A stretch of 64,000 nucleotides of DNA from Candidatus Microgenomates bacterium (lineage in GTDB: Bacteria; Patescibacteriota; Microgenomatia; UBA8517), in the NCBI GenBank assembly GCA_049519355.1, contig JBEKQV010000003.1, positions 19,646-83,645 of the forward strand, read 5' to 3'. The notes beneath the pieces are model-generated. The model was given only the letters and a program-made list of their open reading frames with translations, was not told the DNA's origin and did not search any database. Positions 1 to 9,802 of the stretch are shown here, piece after piece. Position numbers and translations under genes: made by a program. How positions within the stretch are numbered: the stretch's first letter is position 1; each line of letters opens with the position of its first letter.

Positions 1-1172
1 TTCTGCCGATATTTTCCTCTCTGGTGAAAGCAGCATTGGTTATAATTAGTGTGGTTTTTTTAGGGAAAATTGCAGTTCCTTATTTTGTTCATAAACTTGC
101 AGGAACAAACTCACGCGAACTTCTTCTTTTGTCATCAATTGCAGCGGCTTTGGGTACAGCGGCTGTAACTTCATACTTTGGAATTTCACCTGCTCTTGGG
201 GCTTTTTTGGCGGGAGTGGTTATCTCTGAAAGTCAGGAAAATCATGCGGTTTTTGCGGAAATACGTCCCCTGAGGGACTTGTTTGTGGCTTTATTTTTTG
301 TAACATTGGGATTCCTGGTTAACCCTGCCGTAATTATATCAAAACTGTTTTTAATTGTAGCTTTGGCCTTGATTATCCTGGTTTTAAAGGCCGTTGTTGT
401 TTTTGGGGTAAGTACGGCATTTGGTTATAAGGGAAGGACTGCGATTTCCGAAAGCTTTGGTTTATCCCAGGTTGGCGAGTTTGCCTTTGTCATTTTTTCT
501 TCTGCAATGCTTTTAAAACTAATGAGTTCTCAGGAAACTTCCATTGGCATTTCCGTGACTTTATTGACGCTAATTATTTCTCCGATTCTTTATAACTGGG
601 CAACTCCGTTTTGGCAGAAAATGCGTACTATCACCTCCAAGTCAAAACTGCTTTCGGGACTGTTTCTTGCCGGGGAGAAGCGGCAGCAGGGAGACGCGGA
701 ATTTAGTGATCACATAATAATTTGCGGTTACGGAAGGGTGGGAAAATGGATTGGCAAGGCTTTCCAGGAATTCGGAATTCCATTTGTTGTAATTGATTAT
801 AACCAGAATATTGTCCGCGAGCTAAAAAACGAAAACACTCCGGTCTTGTACGGAGATCCTACCGAGCCGGAGATTCTTGAAGCCGCTGGAATCAGAAATT
901 CAAAAGCGGTAATTTTGGCAATTCCGGATAGAGTTGCTCAGGAAACTTTAATTGCTTATGTTCAGACAGTTGCCCCAAATACTAAAATAATTTCCAGGGC
1001 TCATCAAGATATTGATTGGGATAAGCTAAAAGGCTTAAGAGTTGATAAAGTTGTTCAACCTGAGTTTGAAGCGGCAATCGCAATTATCCGGAACGTTACC
1101 CAATCGATGGGCAAATCAAAAGAAGAAATATCTGCCGTAACAAAAAGTTTAAGATTGTCTCGTTCGCGTTAA
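1..1172 (+). CDS. Cation:proton antiporter (CPA2/KefB-like) with C-terminal TrkA-N/KTN domain. 5' end truncated by the window edge.
   Basis: The frame is open from the window start. Hydrophobic TM segments are followed by a Rossmann GxGxxG motif (IIICGYGRVGKWIGKAF) typical of KTN/TrkA_N regulatory domains of K+/H+ antiporters. Confidence 0.7.
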   Translation, partial: LPIFSSLVKAALVIISVVFLGKIAVPYFVHKLAGTNSRELLLLSSIAAALGTAAVTSYFGISPALGAFLAGVVISESQENHAVFAEIRPLRDLFVALFFVTLGFLVNPAVIISKLFLIVALALIILVLKAVVVFGVSTAFGYKGRTAISESFGLSQVGEFAFVIFSSAMLLKLMSSQETSIGISVTLLTLIISPILYNWATPFWQKMRTITSKSKLLSGLFLAGEKRQQGDAEFSDHIIICGYGRVGKWIGKAFQEFGIPFVVIDYNQNIVRELKNENTPVLYGDPTEPEILEAAGIRNSKAVILAIPDRVAQETLIAYVQTVAPNTKIISRAHQDIDWDKLKGLRVDKVVQPEFEAAIAIIRNVTQSMGKSKEEISAVTKSLRLSRSR

Positions 1173-1218
1173 ATTTCTTTGCCGCAACTTTCTTTTTTAA
1201 AGAAAGTGCGAAAGGTGT

Positions 1219-2148
1219 ATGAAATCTGCCCGAAGACGTGCGTTTATTGAACGAAAGAGAAAAAAGGGAAAATTCTTTGGAATTCTTGTCAAAGTTTTTA
1301 CCCCCGTTTTTTTGATTCTTGCGATCTTTGTCTTTATAAGGATCAGTACCCGCTATTGGAACGGACACGACAAAGTCAGCGTTGCATTCAGAGAGGCAAA
1401 TGGGGACGCGGCCATAACGGTAATGGATCCAAAGCTTGATGAAGTAACTACATTTACTATACCGGGCGATACGCAAGTTGAAGTAGCGCGGAATTTCGGG
1501 ACCTTCCGGATTAAAAATGTCTGGCAGCTCGGGATTGATCAAAAAGCCGGCGGAAGTTTGCTGCCGGAGACGATTAGAAATAATTTTCTTTTTCCGGTAT
1601 TTCTTTGGAGCGAGAGCAGTGCAGAAAGTTTAGGAACCGGAAACATGGGCGGAATTTTGCATTTTATTTTTCTTCCAAAAACAACAAATATTCCCTTTGG
1701 GGACAGACTTTCAATGGGAGTTTTTGCTTTTCGTATACAGGATCTTGGCAGAAGTGAGATAGATCTTGGCCAAAGTCAGTTTGTGACAAAGGAAACACTA
1801 AATGACGGGCAAATCGGTTATGTAATTAACGGCCCGATTTCTCAAAGATTAACTGTTTATTTTTCCGATAATGATATTGCGGATGAAAATCTTAGGGTCA
1901 ATATTGTTGATGCTACAGGGGCTCCAGGTGTTTCGGATAATGTCGGGGAAATTTTGGAGGTAATGGGAGGCAAGGTTGTATCGGTTGATAAGAAGTTAAG
2001 TGCCGAAAACTCGGACTGTAGTGTTACCGGAAACAACTCCGAGATTATCCGAAAAGTTTCAGATCTTTTTTCCTGCCGGGTCGTTAAAGGACAGACCGAT
2101 TTTGATCTTGAAATTCAGCTTGGGCAAAAGTTTGCCGCCAGGTTTTAA
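1219..2148 (+). CDS. Membrane-anchored LytR_C-domain protein (LCP/LytR cell-envelope related)
   Basis: N-terminal basic stretch plus TM helix. The C-terminal VNIVDATGAPGVSDNVGEILEVMGGKVVSV segment matches the LytR_C domain pattern. ATG at 1219. Confidence 0.45.
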   Translation: MKSARRRAFIERKRKKGKFFGILVKVFTPVFLILAIFVFIRISTRYWNGHDKVSVAFREANGDAAITVMDPKLDEVTTFTIPGDTQVEVARNFGTFRIKNVWQLGIDQKAGGSLLPETIRNNFLFPVFLWSESSAESLGTGNMGGILHFIFLPKTTNIPFGDRLSMGVFAFRIQDLGRSEIDLGQSQFVTKETLNDGQIGYVINGPISQRLTVYFSDNDIADENLRVNIVDATGAPGVSDNVGEILEVMGGKVVSVDKKLSAENSDCSVTGNNSEIIRKVSDLFSCRVVKGQTDFDLEIQLGQKFAARF

Positions 2149-2150
2149 AT

Positions 2151-2843
2151 TTACTCTGGAGTTTCTTCCGTAGCCTCGACGATGGGTGTATCTTTATGAA
2201 TCAGTTCTGGGGAAGTAAAGGCAACATAATCTATTTTTTCCGTTGGGAAAGAAGAAATATCCGGGGCTTTGGGGCCGCGTTCAATTTCTCTGATAAAAAC
2301 AGCGACCTCTTTCGGTTCAACTGATTTAATTAAGGTTTGGTATTTATTACCGGCCTTTATTAGATTTCTAAGCCTTGCGGCGATATCGTCGGGGAGGCTT
2401 CCGATGTGTTTCCCGTCAAGTGTGTTTATTGTAACTTTGTGGGGATAGGAAACTAGTTTTACTTCTTCCCCGGGATCGAGATTTGTAAAAACAGAACTAT
2501 CTCCCAAATTAAGGAGCGTTATAAGTCTGGTTTTTCCCGGCTCTTCCAGAAAAGATTCTGAAGAAGTAGGAGTAGAGAACTCACCACTGACTTTTTTTGC
2601 GGTTTTAAGTTTCTCAATAACTTTTAATGCTATCGGGTTAACCGCATCAATTTTTAAAACTTTTTTTGCCATTTCCCTTGCTTGGGAGATTTTTCCAAGT
2701 TCCGTGTAAGCTCGAGCAAGACGATTTAAGGCATCAACATCTTCGGAATTTTCCGAGAGTATTTCGAGATTAATTTTGACTGCCTCGGTCCAGTTTCCGG
2801 AGAGAGCTAAATTGATCGCAAGTTGGGCGGGAGAAGTATCCAT
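2151..2843 (-). CDS. TPR-like helical repeat protein
   Basis: N-terminal region has TPR-like helix-pair periodicity (ALNRLARAYTELGKISQAREMAKKVLKID). No catalytic motifs seen. Confidence 0.35.
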   Translation of the reverse strand: MDTSPAQLAINLALSGNWTEAVKINLEILSENSEDVDALNRLARAYTELGKISQAREMAKKVLKIDAVNPIALKVIEKLKTAKKVSGEFSTPTSSESFLEEPGKTRLITLLNLGDSSVFTNLDPGEEVKLVSYPHKVTINTLDGKHIGSLPDDIAARLRNLIKAGNKYQTLIKSVEPKEVAVFIREIERGPKAPDISSFPTEKIDYVAFTSPELIHKDTPIVEATEETPE

Positions 2844-2888
2844 GTATAAGTTAAGCTGTTATTGAGTATAGGGAGCGGGAGATTAATG

Positions 2889-3515
2889 TCAATAGGTTTT
2901 GAATAGGAGTTTTAGTGTAGATTTTGTCATAAGTATCAGGGTGAACCACATTATAGATAAGTCAGTAACGGCAGAGCCGTTTTCCACATAATTGCGGTCA
3001 AGTTTCATCCATTCCTTGAAAGAAAGCCTGTGTGATCCGTTTACAACCCAATTACTGGTTATACCGGGATTGACAAGTTCTCTAACTTTCTCTCCACGGT
3101 TAAGCTTTCGTGCCTCACCAATGGGGAATGGTCTCGGCCCAACGATACTCATTTCGCCCTTGAGGACGTTTATTATTTGGGGTAGTTCGTCAAAACCGGT
3201 TCTTGAAAGGGCCTTCCCAAATTTTGTAAACCTGGGATCATCTTTAATTTTAAAAACAGGTCCGTCAGCTTCGTTGAGTTTTTTGAGCAGGGATTGTTTT
3301 TGGGAAGCACTAGGCGTCATCGTCCTGAATTTGAATATTTTAAATATTTTTCCGTTTTTGCCAACACGGTTTTGAAGAAAAAAAATATCACCTTTCTCAG
3401 TGAGTTTAATTGCCAGTGATGTTAGAGACGCAATAGGAAGTGTAACAATGAGGATAATTATAGAAACCGAAACATCCAAAAACTTTTTTGCAAATGAGGT
3501 GTGATAATCATTCAT
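2889..3515 (-). CDS. Small PglC/WbaP-type initiating sugar phosphotransferase (polyprenyl-phosphate hexose-1-phosphate transferase)
   Basis: Single N-terminal TM helix followed by the hallmark bacterial sugar transferase motifs FKFRTM, DELPQ and GEMSIVGPRP. Length ~208 aa matches PglC-like monotopic PGTs. Confidence 0.85.
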   Translation of the reverse strand: MNDYHTSFAKKFLDVSVSIIILIVTLPIASLTSLAIKLTEKGDIFFLQNRVGKNGKIFKIFKFRTMTPSASQKQSLLKKLNEADGPVFKIKDDPRFTKFGKALSRTGFDELPQIINVLKGEMSIVGPRPFPIGEARKLNRGEKVRELVNPGITSNWVVNGSHRLSFKEWMKLDRNYVENGSAVTDLSIMWFTLILMTKSTLKLLFKTY

Positions 3516-3520
3516 TTAGG

Positions 3521-4510
3521 TCAGAATAAGTTGGCCCAGATAATCATTGCCTCTTTTAGTTTCTTGAAATATATTCCTTTCGGAAATTTAATTTTCTGAG
3601 CCAGTTCAATATAACATGATTTCGGGTTGTTTCCTTTCAAATTTAATTCCTCGACAGATTTCCATAGAATCTCATTAATTTTCATTCCTTTCAGCTCTTT
3701 TGTACGGTTATGTCCCGTGATTGAGGCTTTTTTGTGATTAACGAAAGGGGATCCATTGACAACACCGGTTTTCAGGTGATCCATTATTTTTTTTGAAAAT
3801 ATTCCGGCCCAAATGTCGTCGTATCTGTCATAACTCCATAGTTTTCCTTTGGGATCAGTTCCCATCATTGGGAAAAACATAATCGGTGTCACCTCCCGTT
3901 TAAACGCAAGGTTCATACTACACATCGGATAAAAAAGTCCAAATGGAATAAATTGGGTTAATGGTGGATAATTCTTCTCGTTCAAAATTTTTGGAAGTTT
4001 GATTTCTGTTTTTGCATCCAGGTCAAGTGCTCCGGACCATAGGCCGTGACTTACACTTACGGAATGAACATCTCTATTTTTGTAGGGGAAACCACGGGTG
4101 AACATCCATTTGGGGTTAGGATATGTTGCTTGCCAACCCACCGGTATTTTCCTTCTTAGATTCTCCAAGTGTTTTTTGACAAAATCTTTTTCGGCAGGGT
4201 AGCAGTCATCGTCAATCGTAATGATTACGTCCGCTCCGGCATTATAGGCTTCCCAGAAGCCAAAGGAACGAATTCCTGCATTTTTTCGGGAAAATATCCA
4301 CGATTTTTTACCAAATTCTTCTTCAATATCTTTGTGGGAGAAGACGGTAACTGAGGAAAACTTTAAATCTGGAATTTTGGCTTTTTTCTCCCACCGGTCT
4401 TCAACAATAATCAGGTGACAACCTGAAAATTCATTCTTCCATCTATTTAGAAATGACAAATTTCTTATTGTAGGAATAACAACGAATACTTTTATTCTTT
4501 CATTCTTCAT
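3521..4510 (-). CDS. GT75 family protein (reversibly glycosylated polypeptide / UDP-arabinopyranose mutase-like)
   Basis: VVIPTIRNLSFLNRWKNEF...HLIIVEDR and IITIDDDCYPAEKD align closely with plant RGP1 (IVIPTIRNLDFLEMWRPFF...HLIIVQDGD and IFTIDDDCFVAKD). The ORF-track start at 4531 is TTG; I use the internal ATG at 4510 (MKNERIKVF), which removes the overlap with the next gene. Confidence 0.7.
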   Translation of the reverse strand: MKNERIKVFVVIPTIRNLSFLNRWKNEFSGCHLIIVEDRWEKKAKIPDLKFSSVTVFSHKDIEEEFGKKSWIFSRKNAGIRSFGFWEAYNAGADVIITIDDDCYPAEKDFVKKHLENLRRKIPVGWQATYPNPKWMFTRGFPYKNRDVHSVSVSHGLWSGALDLDAKTEIKLPKILNEKNYPPLTQFIPFGLFYPMCSMNLAFKREVTPIMFFPMMGTDPKGKLWSYDRYDDIWAGIFSKKIMDHLKTGVVNGSPFVNHKKASITGHNRTKELKGMKINEILWKSVEELNLKGNNPKSCYIELAQKIKFPKGIYFKKLKEAMIIWANLF

Positions 4511-4522
4511 GGTATATATTCT

Positions 4523-5344
4523 ATGCACCAAGTTGGTAAACTTGATATAACACTTGCATTAGGCGAATTTATCATGACACGAATCGAAACACAACAATTT
4601 TTTGAGCTTCTCTGGGGGATGACCGAAAGAGAACTTCGGGCAAGGTATAAATATACTGTTTTCGGATTTTTGTGGATTGTATTGAACCCTGCATTTCAAA
4701 TGTTAATAATTGGTTTCATCTTCAGGTTTTTTATGAAAGAGCCAGTTCAGAATTATTACTATTTTCTTTTTATTGGACTTTTGATTTGGAATTTTTTCTC
4801 TTTATCTTTATCGAAAGCAACTCCCTCAATAGTTTTTGAAAGGACGCTTATAAAGAAAGCGAAGTTCTCGCGTTCGATTATCCCCCTGGCAATTGTTTTT
4901 TCTAATTTTGTTCATTTAATGGTCGCGATGGTTCTTCTTACCGTTCCGGTACTTTTTCTTAACACAATGACCATTACGAGTATTTTCTATATTTTAATCG
5001 CATTTGTTCTACTTCTTGTATTTACGTCGGGTATAAGCCTTCTTTGCGCAGCTTTAGATGTCAGATTTCGTGATGTTAATTTTTTTGTACAGGCATTTAT
5101 AATTTTTTGGTTTTATGCAACGCCGATAATATATCCATTATCAATTGTCCCTTATCAGTATTATTGGCTTTGGCGTTTTAATCCGATGACTGAGATGCTT
5201 CAATTTCTTCAGCACGGTTTCTTGGGGATGCCGCTTCCCGGAACGGCGATGATTATTATAAATACTATGCTAATAATAACCGTGGCGGCTGCGGGGATAT
5301 GGGTTTTCGGTAAAGAAAGTAAAAATTTTGACGATTGGGTATAA
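4523..5344 (+). CDS. ABC-2 type polysaccharide exporter permease (Wzm/TagG/KpsM-like)
   Basis: Six predicted TM segments and a conserved N-terminal ELLWGMTERELRARYKYTVFGFLW motif typical of Wzm/TagG. Immediately upstream of an ABC ATPase. Confidence 0.8.
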   Translation: MHQVGKLDITLALGEFIMTRIETQQFFELLWGMTERELRARYKYTVFGFLWIVLNPAFQMLIIGFIFRFFMKEPVQNYYYFLFIGLLIWNFFSLSLSKATPSIVFERTLIKKAKFSRSIIPLAIVFSNFVHLMVAMVLLTVPVLFLNTMTITSIFYILIAFVLLLVFTSGISLLCAALDVRFRDVNFFVQAFIIFWFYATPIIYPLSIVPYQYYWLWRFNPMTEMLQFLQHGFLGMPLPGTAMIIINTMLIITVAAAGIWVFGKESKNFDDWV

Positions 5345-5349
5345 ATAAT

Positions 5350-6060
5350 ATGAAAATAGATAAAGATTACGCTATTGAACTTTACGGAATTTCAAAAAAA
5401 TATACTATTCATCACGAAAAACCAACTCTTGTCGAGAAGTTTTTTAAGGGACGGGATGAAAAATTTTTGGCGCTTAATAATATTAATTTAAAAATAAATA
5501 GAGGAGAAAGTGTCGGAATAATCGGGGATAATGGTTCCGGCAAGACCACACTTCTAAAAATAATAGCCGGAATTACGGCTCCATCATCCGGTATTATAAA
5601 AGCCGGTGGCAGGGTTGTATCGATAATAGATCTCAATGCCGGTTTTCATGATGATTTGAGTGGGTTTCAGAATATATATCTGAATGGGATGTTTCTTGGC
5701 ATGACAAAAAAAGAAATTGATAGAAAATTAAGGGACATTATTATTTTTGCAGGAATCAGACAATTTATTGACGCGCCTCTTTTTACCTATTCTCAGGGGA
5801 TGAAATTACGTCTCGGTTTTTCCGTGGCCATACATAGCAATCCTGATATTTTACTTCTCGATGAGAATTTTTCTGTAGGAGATGAAAAATTCAAAAAAAA
5901 ATGCAGAGATATTATTAAAAAATTTAGAAAACAAAAGATGACATTATTAATCGCAAGTCACTGGAAACAGTTTATAGACCAAAACTGTGAACGGATAATC
6001 ACTTTAAAAAACGGAAAAATAATAAAAGATATCCATCCCGGTTTAAAGACAAAATCATGA
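5350..6060 (+). CDS. ABC transporter ATP-binding protein (Wzt/TagH/KpsT-like), short form without C-terminal carbohydrate-binding domain
   Basis: Walker A GDNGSGKTTLLKI, signature motif and Walker B LLLDE. The ORF-track start at 5335 is TTG; the ATG at 5350 follows the Wzm stop. Confidence 0.85.
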   Translation: MKIDKDYAIELYGISKKYTIHHEKPTLVEKFFKGRDEKFLALNNINLKINRGESVGIIGDNGSGKTTLLKIIAGITAPSSGIIKAGGRVVSIIDLNAGFHDDLSGFQNIYLNGMFLGMTKKEIDRKLRDIIIFAGIRQFIDAPLFTYSQGMKLRLGFSVAIHSNPDILLLDENFSVGDEKFKKKCRDIIKKFRKQKMTLLIASHWKQFIDQNCERIITLKNGKIIKDIHPGLKTKS

Positions 6061-6767
6061 AGGAGACAACTTTAAAAAAATTTCATTTGAGAAAGGCTTA
6101 TTCTATTTATCGAAACATAAAATGGTCCTTCTTCGACCACAGTTTAGTTAGAAAAGACATTGTTTATAGATTGATTAATCATTACGGAGGCGATTCAGGA
6201 CATAAGATAGAAACCCCCAGCGGCAATTTAGGTTTCGGGTTTATACATTATTGCATAATAAGGAATATCAGGCCGGCAAAAGTTTTATGTATAGGTTCAA
6301 GAATGGGTTTTGTTCCCGCGATATGTGCCTTAGCTTGTAAAGACAATCGATACGGTGTGGTGGAATTTGTTGATGCAGGGTTAGATGAGAGTGATAAGAA
6401 AAGCTGGTCGGGTATAGGTTTTTGGAAAAAAACGGATTTAAAGAAGCACTTCAATGTATCTAAGCTTAATAACTGGATTAATACTTACATAATGACATCA
6501 CAGTCTTTTGCGGATGCATACCCTAAGTGGAAATATGATTATATTTACATAGACGGTGACCATTCTTATGGTGGAGTAAAATTGGATTTCAAATTGTTTT
6601 GGCCGCGGCTTAATAAAAACGGGTTCATGGTGTTTCATGATGCAACAGTTAAAAATTGGGGATCTTTAAAAGGATTCGGTGTCTGGAAATTCCTTAAAGA
6701 AAATAAAAATAGACACAAAATAATTTTTCCTCTCAATGAATCCGGTCTGGCAATATTGCAAAAGTAA
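6057..6767 (+). CDS. Class I SAM-dependent methyltransferase, TylF/MycF-like (family 3 sugar O-methyltransferase; Methyltransf_24)
   Basis: SAM motif I VLCIGSRMGF and the YIDGDHSY motif characteristic of the TylF/MycF/CmcI family. Start ATGA overlaps the Wzt stop. Confidence 0.55.
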   Translation: MKETTLKKFHLRKAYSIYRNIKWSFFDHSLVRKDIVYRLINHYGGDSGHKIETPSGNLGFGFIHYCIIRNIRPAKVLCIGSRMGFVPAICALACKDNRYGVVEFVDAGLDESDKKSWSGIGFWKKTDLKKHFNVSKLNNWINTYIMTSQSFADAYPKWKYDYIYIDGDHSYGGVKLDFKLFWPRLNKNGFMVFHDATVKNWGSLKGFGVWKFLKENKNRHKIIFPLNESGLAILQK

Positions 6768-6776
6768 TGAATTAAA

Positions 6777-8027
6777 ATGTTCGGAATTAAAACTTTCATT
6801 CAAAAAAGAATTATTTACCCTTCGTATCTTTTTCCGGAAAAAAACGGTAAATTTCCGTCGAAGCCGGTTTCCCAAATAAAAATAAATTCCAGACTTTTTG
6901 CCTTAGAAAACAAACTAAAAGAACAAAGGAGTCTTTCGGGGTATGGCAATCTAATAACTTATCCGCGTCGAGATGCAATAAATGTTTGGAAAAGATTGAT
7001 TAACCTTAACCCCAACAATCTTGGTAATTGGTCTATTCGGGAAGTTGTTCCCGGACACGACGCGGCGGAAATTGAACGGGATTTAATTTTTAAAATGGTT
7101 GATCTTTATCATGGTGATAAGAAGAACCTTGAAGGATATGTAACCAGTGGAGGAACTGAAGCTAATATTTTTTCGGCTTGGGTCGGCTGCAAAAGTTTGC
7201 AAAAACGTGGTATCCAAAGACAACAAATGTGTTTAATAAAAACCAGCCTTACACATTATTCAGTCGGCAAAGCAGCAGATGTTGTAGGAGTACCAACCTA
7301 CGTAGTTGGTTTAGACGAGAAGGAGTGGTCCATGGACGTTAACGGTTTTGTTAAAAAGATCGAAAAGTTATCAAAAAGCGGTATGAAGGGTTTTCTCATT
7401 CCTTTGACACTGGGTTATACGGTTACGGGAACGGCGGACCCCTATGAAAGAATATGTATAGAGATCAAGAAACTTAAAGAACAATATGGAGTGGAGTTTT
7501 TTGTTTGGATGGATGCAGCCTTAAACGGGCTTATAGAACCATTTTTAAATAAAAAATTCAGCCCCTTTGAATTATCGGAAATTCAAATTTTTTTGACCGA
7601 TTTTCACAAATTTGGTTTTGTCCCGATTCCGTCCGGGGTAGTTTTATACCGGAGGAGACTACGAAATTTAATTGAAAAGCAAATTGACTATTTGGATGAA
7701 AAAGATAATACCTTGTTAGGATCGCGAAGCGGTATAGCTCCGGTTGCGTGTTGGACGATTATAAATACATTAGGCAAGAGTGGATTTAAGAAAATAATAA
7801 AACGTAATCTAAACAAGAAACAACAATTTATGAGTATATGCAAGAATAGACACCTTTCCATTATCAATAGTGAACGCAGTCTAAACTGTGGAATTATCTT
7901 AAAAGATATGGCTTTATTTGATAAGAAATTTTCAAATAAATACGGCCTTAACTTTAGGAAGATGAAGTTAATGTTTATATCAAAAAATTCTGAATATAAT
8001 ATTGCAAAAGCATTTTTTCTGAAGTAG
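6777..8027 (+). CDS. Group II PLP-dependent decarboxylase (MfnA / glutamate-decarboxylase-like)
   Basis: TSGGTEANIF matches the MfnA/GAD N-terminal motif. DFHKFGFVPIPSGVVLY matches the PLP-lysine region SGHKFGLAPLGCGWV of group II decarboxylases. Confidence 0.7.
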   Translation: MFGIKTFIQKRIIYPSYLFPEKNGKFPSKPVSQIKINSRLFALENKLKEQRSLSGYGNLITYPRRDAINVWKRLINLNPNNLGNWSIREVVPGHDAAEIERDLIFKMVDLYHGDKKNLEGYVTSGGTEANIFSAWVGCKSLQKRGIQRQQMCLIKTSLTHYSVGKAADVVGVPTYVVGLDEKEWSMDVNGFVKKIEKLSKSGMKGFLIPLTLGYTVTGTADPYERICIEIKKLKEQYGVEFFVWMDAALNGLIEPFLNKKFSPFELSEIQIFLTDFHKFGFVPIPSGVVLYRRRLRNLIEKQIDYLDEKDNTLLGSRSGIAPVACWTIINTLGKSGFKKIIKRNLNKKQQFMSICKNRHLSIINSERSLNCGIILKDMALFDKKFSNKYGLNFRKMKLMFISKNSEYNIAKAFFLK

Positions 8028-8059
8028 CTTAGCCATATTTCAAAAAGGCAATTATTATT

Positions 8060-8971
8060 ATGCTTATAACTTTCACAACGACTCAACCTAATATTCCCCT
8101 CAAAATCAAAGATTTAGAAAGAATCGGCAAGTTGGAAGTACTTAAAGGAGTTTATAATAAAAGTGCCAAAACAAAAGATATCCTTTCGAGAACAGAGATT
8201 TTACTTGCCAACCCTAAGTATTTTGGAGTTATTGACAGGAAGGTTATTAGTTTATTTAAAAATTTAAAATATCTTTTTTTAATGTCCTCGGGGTTTGACT
8301 GGGTGGATATCGATTATGCCAAATCCCGAAATATTATAGTTGGGGGAGCTAGGGGGACAACTTCTATAAGTGTTGCCGAACATGCTTGGGCTCTCGCTCT
8401 TACGTTGGCAAAATCTCTCCAAAATGTAACAACCAATTCCGCCGGAGTTATTAATACGCAGATTCATGGAAAAACAGTGGGGATATTTGGTTACGGATAC
8501 GTTGGAAAGGCAATAGCAAATATTGCACAAGGCTTCGGTGCCGAAGTTTGTTATACCTCAAGCCACAGATTAAAAGATTTGAGAAATAGACGATTTTTAA
8601 ATAAAGATGAACTATTAAGGAAATCCGACATAATATTTCTTTGTTTGCCATTAACAAAAGATACTAGAAATTATTTAAGTTCGGGTGAAATAGAATTATT
8701 AAAAAAGAATGCAATATTGATTAACACGGCAAGAGAAGATCTGGTAGAAAACAAACCGCTTTTTAAGGCATTGAAAACAGGTAGACTTTTTGGTTATGGG
8801 ATTGATACGGATAAACGAAATTCAACTTTCCTCAAAAAAAATAGGCAACTGCGCATTGTATCAACATTCCACGCGGCGTATCGGACCGCAGAAGCGCTTG
8901 AAGCAATATATTCCGATACTGCAAAAGATGTTGAAGCTTTTATAAAAGGGAAGCCGCTAAGTATTTTATAA
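8060..8971 (+). CDS. D-isomer-specific 2-hydroxyacid dehydrogenase (glycerate/phosphoglycerate dehydrogenase-like, no ACT domain)
   Basis: NAD-binding GKTVGIFGYGYVGKAIA...GAEV, catalytic Arg in ILINTARED and His in STFHAAYRT. Confidence 0.75.
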   Translation: MLITFTTTQPNIPLKIKDLERIGKLEVLKGVYNKSAKTKDILSRTEILLANPKYFGVIDRKVISLFKNLKYLFLMSSGFDWVDIDYAKSRNIIVGGARGTTSISVAEHAWALALTLAKSLQNVTTNSAGVINTQIHGKTVGIFGYGYVGKAIANIAQGFGAEVCYTSSHRLKDLRNRRFLNKDELLRKSDIIFLCLPLTKDTRNYLSSGEIELLKKNAILINTAREDLVENKPLFKALKTGRLFGYGIDTDKRNSTFLKKNRQLRIVSTFHAAYRTAEALEAIYSDTAKDVEAFIKGKPLSIL

Positions 8972-9683
8972 ATCTGGATCTCAGTAAATTTTCAAATCTC
9001 TTCAGATCGTGTATAAGAAGATTTATATTATTGTAGTTGAAATCACCAACATTATTTTTGCCCCAGTTATTTATAAAAATTGTTTTAAAACCGAGTTTAC
9101 CGGCAGGAACTATGTCCTGTTTTTCGGAGTCGCCGACATAAATTACATGGTCAGGAAGTATCCGGCCAAGGGATTTTAAAAGTAAATTAAAAGATTTTTT
9201 TGAGGGTTTAAGCTCGTCGAGGTCATTGGTGGTAATTATTTTGACGAAAACTTCCGACGGATTTTTTACTCCCAACTTATGAAGAGAGTTGAAAGTTTGT
9301 TGGATATCGGAATTTGTGAATAGAAAATTTTCCTTTGAACTTATTTTGAAATAGTTGGCCAATTTTAAGTTTTGACGAACGTATTTATCCTTTACGATTC
9401 CTTTTTCGATAGTAAACATAAGTTTTTTTGTATTTAAATTGCCGGTTTCCCGGATAATATCAATCCAATCCACCCCTTTTCTTTCGAGTTCAATAAAATT
9501 ATTTTTATTATTTTTGCTTTGCCTGACATAATACTGAATATATTTTTTACGAAGATGATTAATAAGCGAGGGATTAAAATACAAAGTACCGTCCAAATCC
9601 CAAACAATTATTTTTGCGTGCGAATAATCCTTCAGCAGCAAAAGCAAAGTTTTGTATCTTTTTAATTTTTTTGATAAAGTCAT
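8940..9683 (-). CDS. HAD-superfamily hydrolase (phosphatase)
   Basis: Motif I IIVWDLDGTL (DxDGT) and motif IV VIYVGDSEKQDIVPAGKLG. It is the lone minus-strand gene in a plus-strand run and overlaps the 3' end of the dehydrogenase gene by 32 bp. Confidence 0.65.
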   Translation of the reverse strand: MTLSKKLKRYKTLLLLLKDYSHAKIIVWDLDGTLYFNPSLINHLRKKYIQYYVRQSKNNKNNFIELERKGVDWIDIIRETGNLNTKKLMFTIEKGIVKDKYVRQNLKLANYFKISSKENFLFTNSDIQQTFNSLHKLGVKNPSEVFVKIITTNDLDELKPSKKSFNLLLKSLGRILPDHVIYVGDSEKQDIVPAGKLGFKTIFINNWGKNNVGDFNYNNINLLIHDLKRFENLLRSRFIKYLAASLL

Positions 9684-9802
9684 TTTTGCAAATCTGCCTA
9701 ATAATATTTGCTTCGCGGGAAATAAGCAAGAAAATGATTAATATAGAGATATAATGAGGTGGAAAATTTGCTCTCTCGGCGAGCATGCTAAATTATACAT
9801 AA

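Noticed and set aside
2992-3375. 127-aa plus-strand ORF antisense to the PglC-like gene
   Set aside because: It is fully contained in a gene with unmistakable sugar-transferase motifs, and its Ser/Leu-rich translation has no features.
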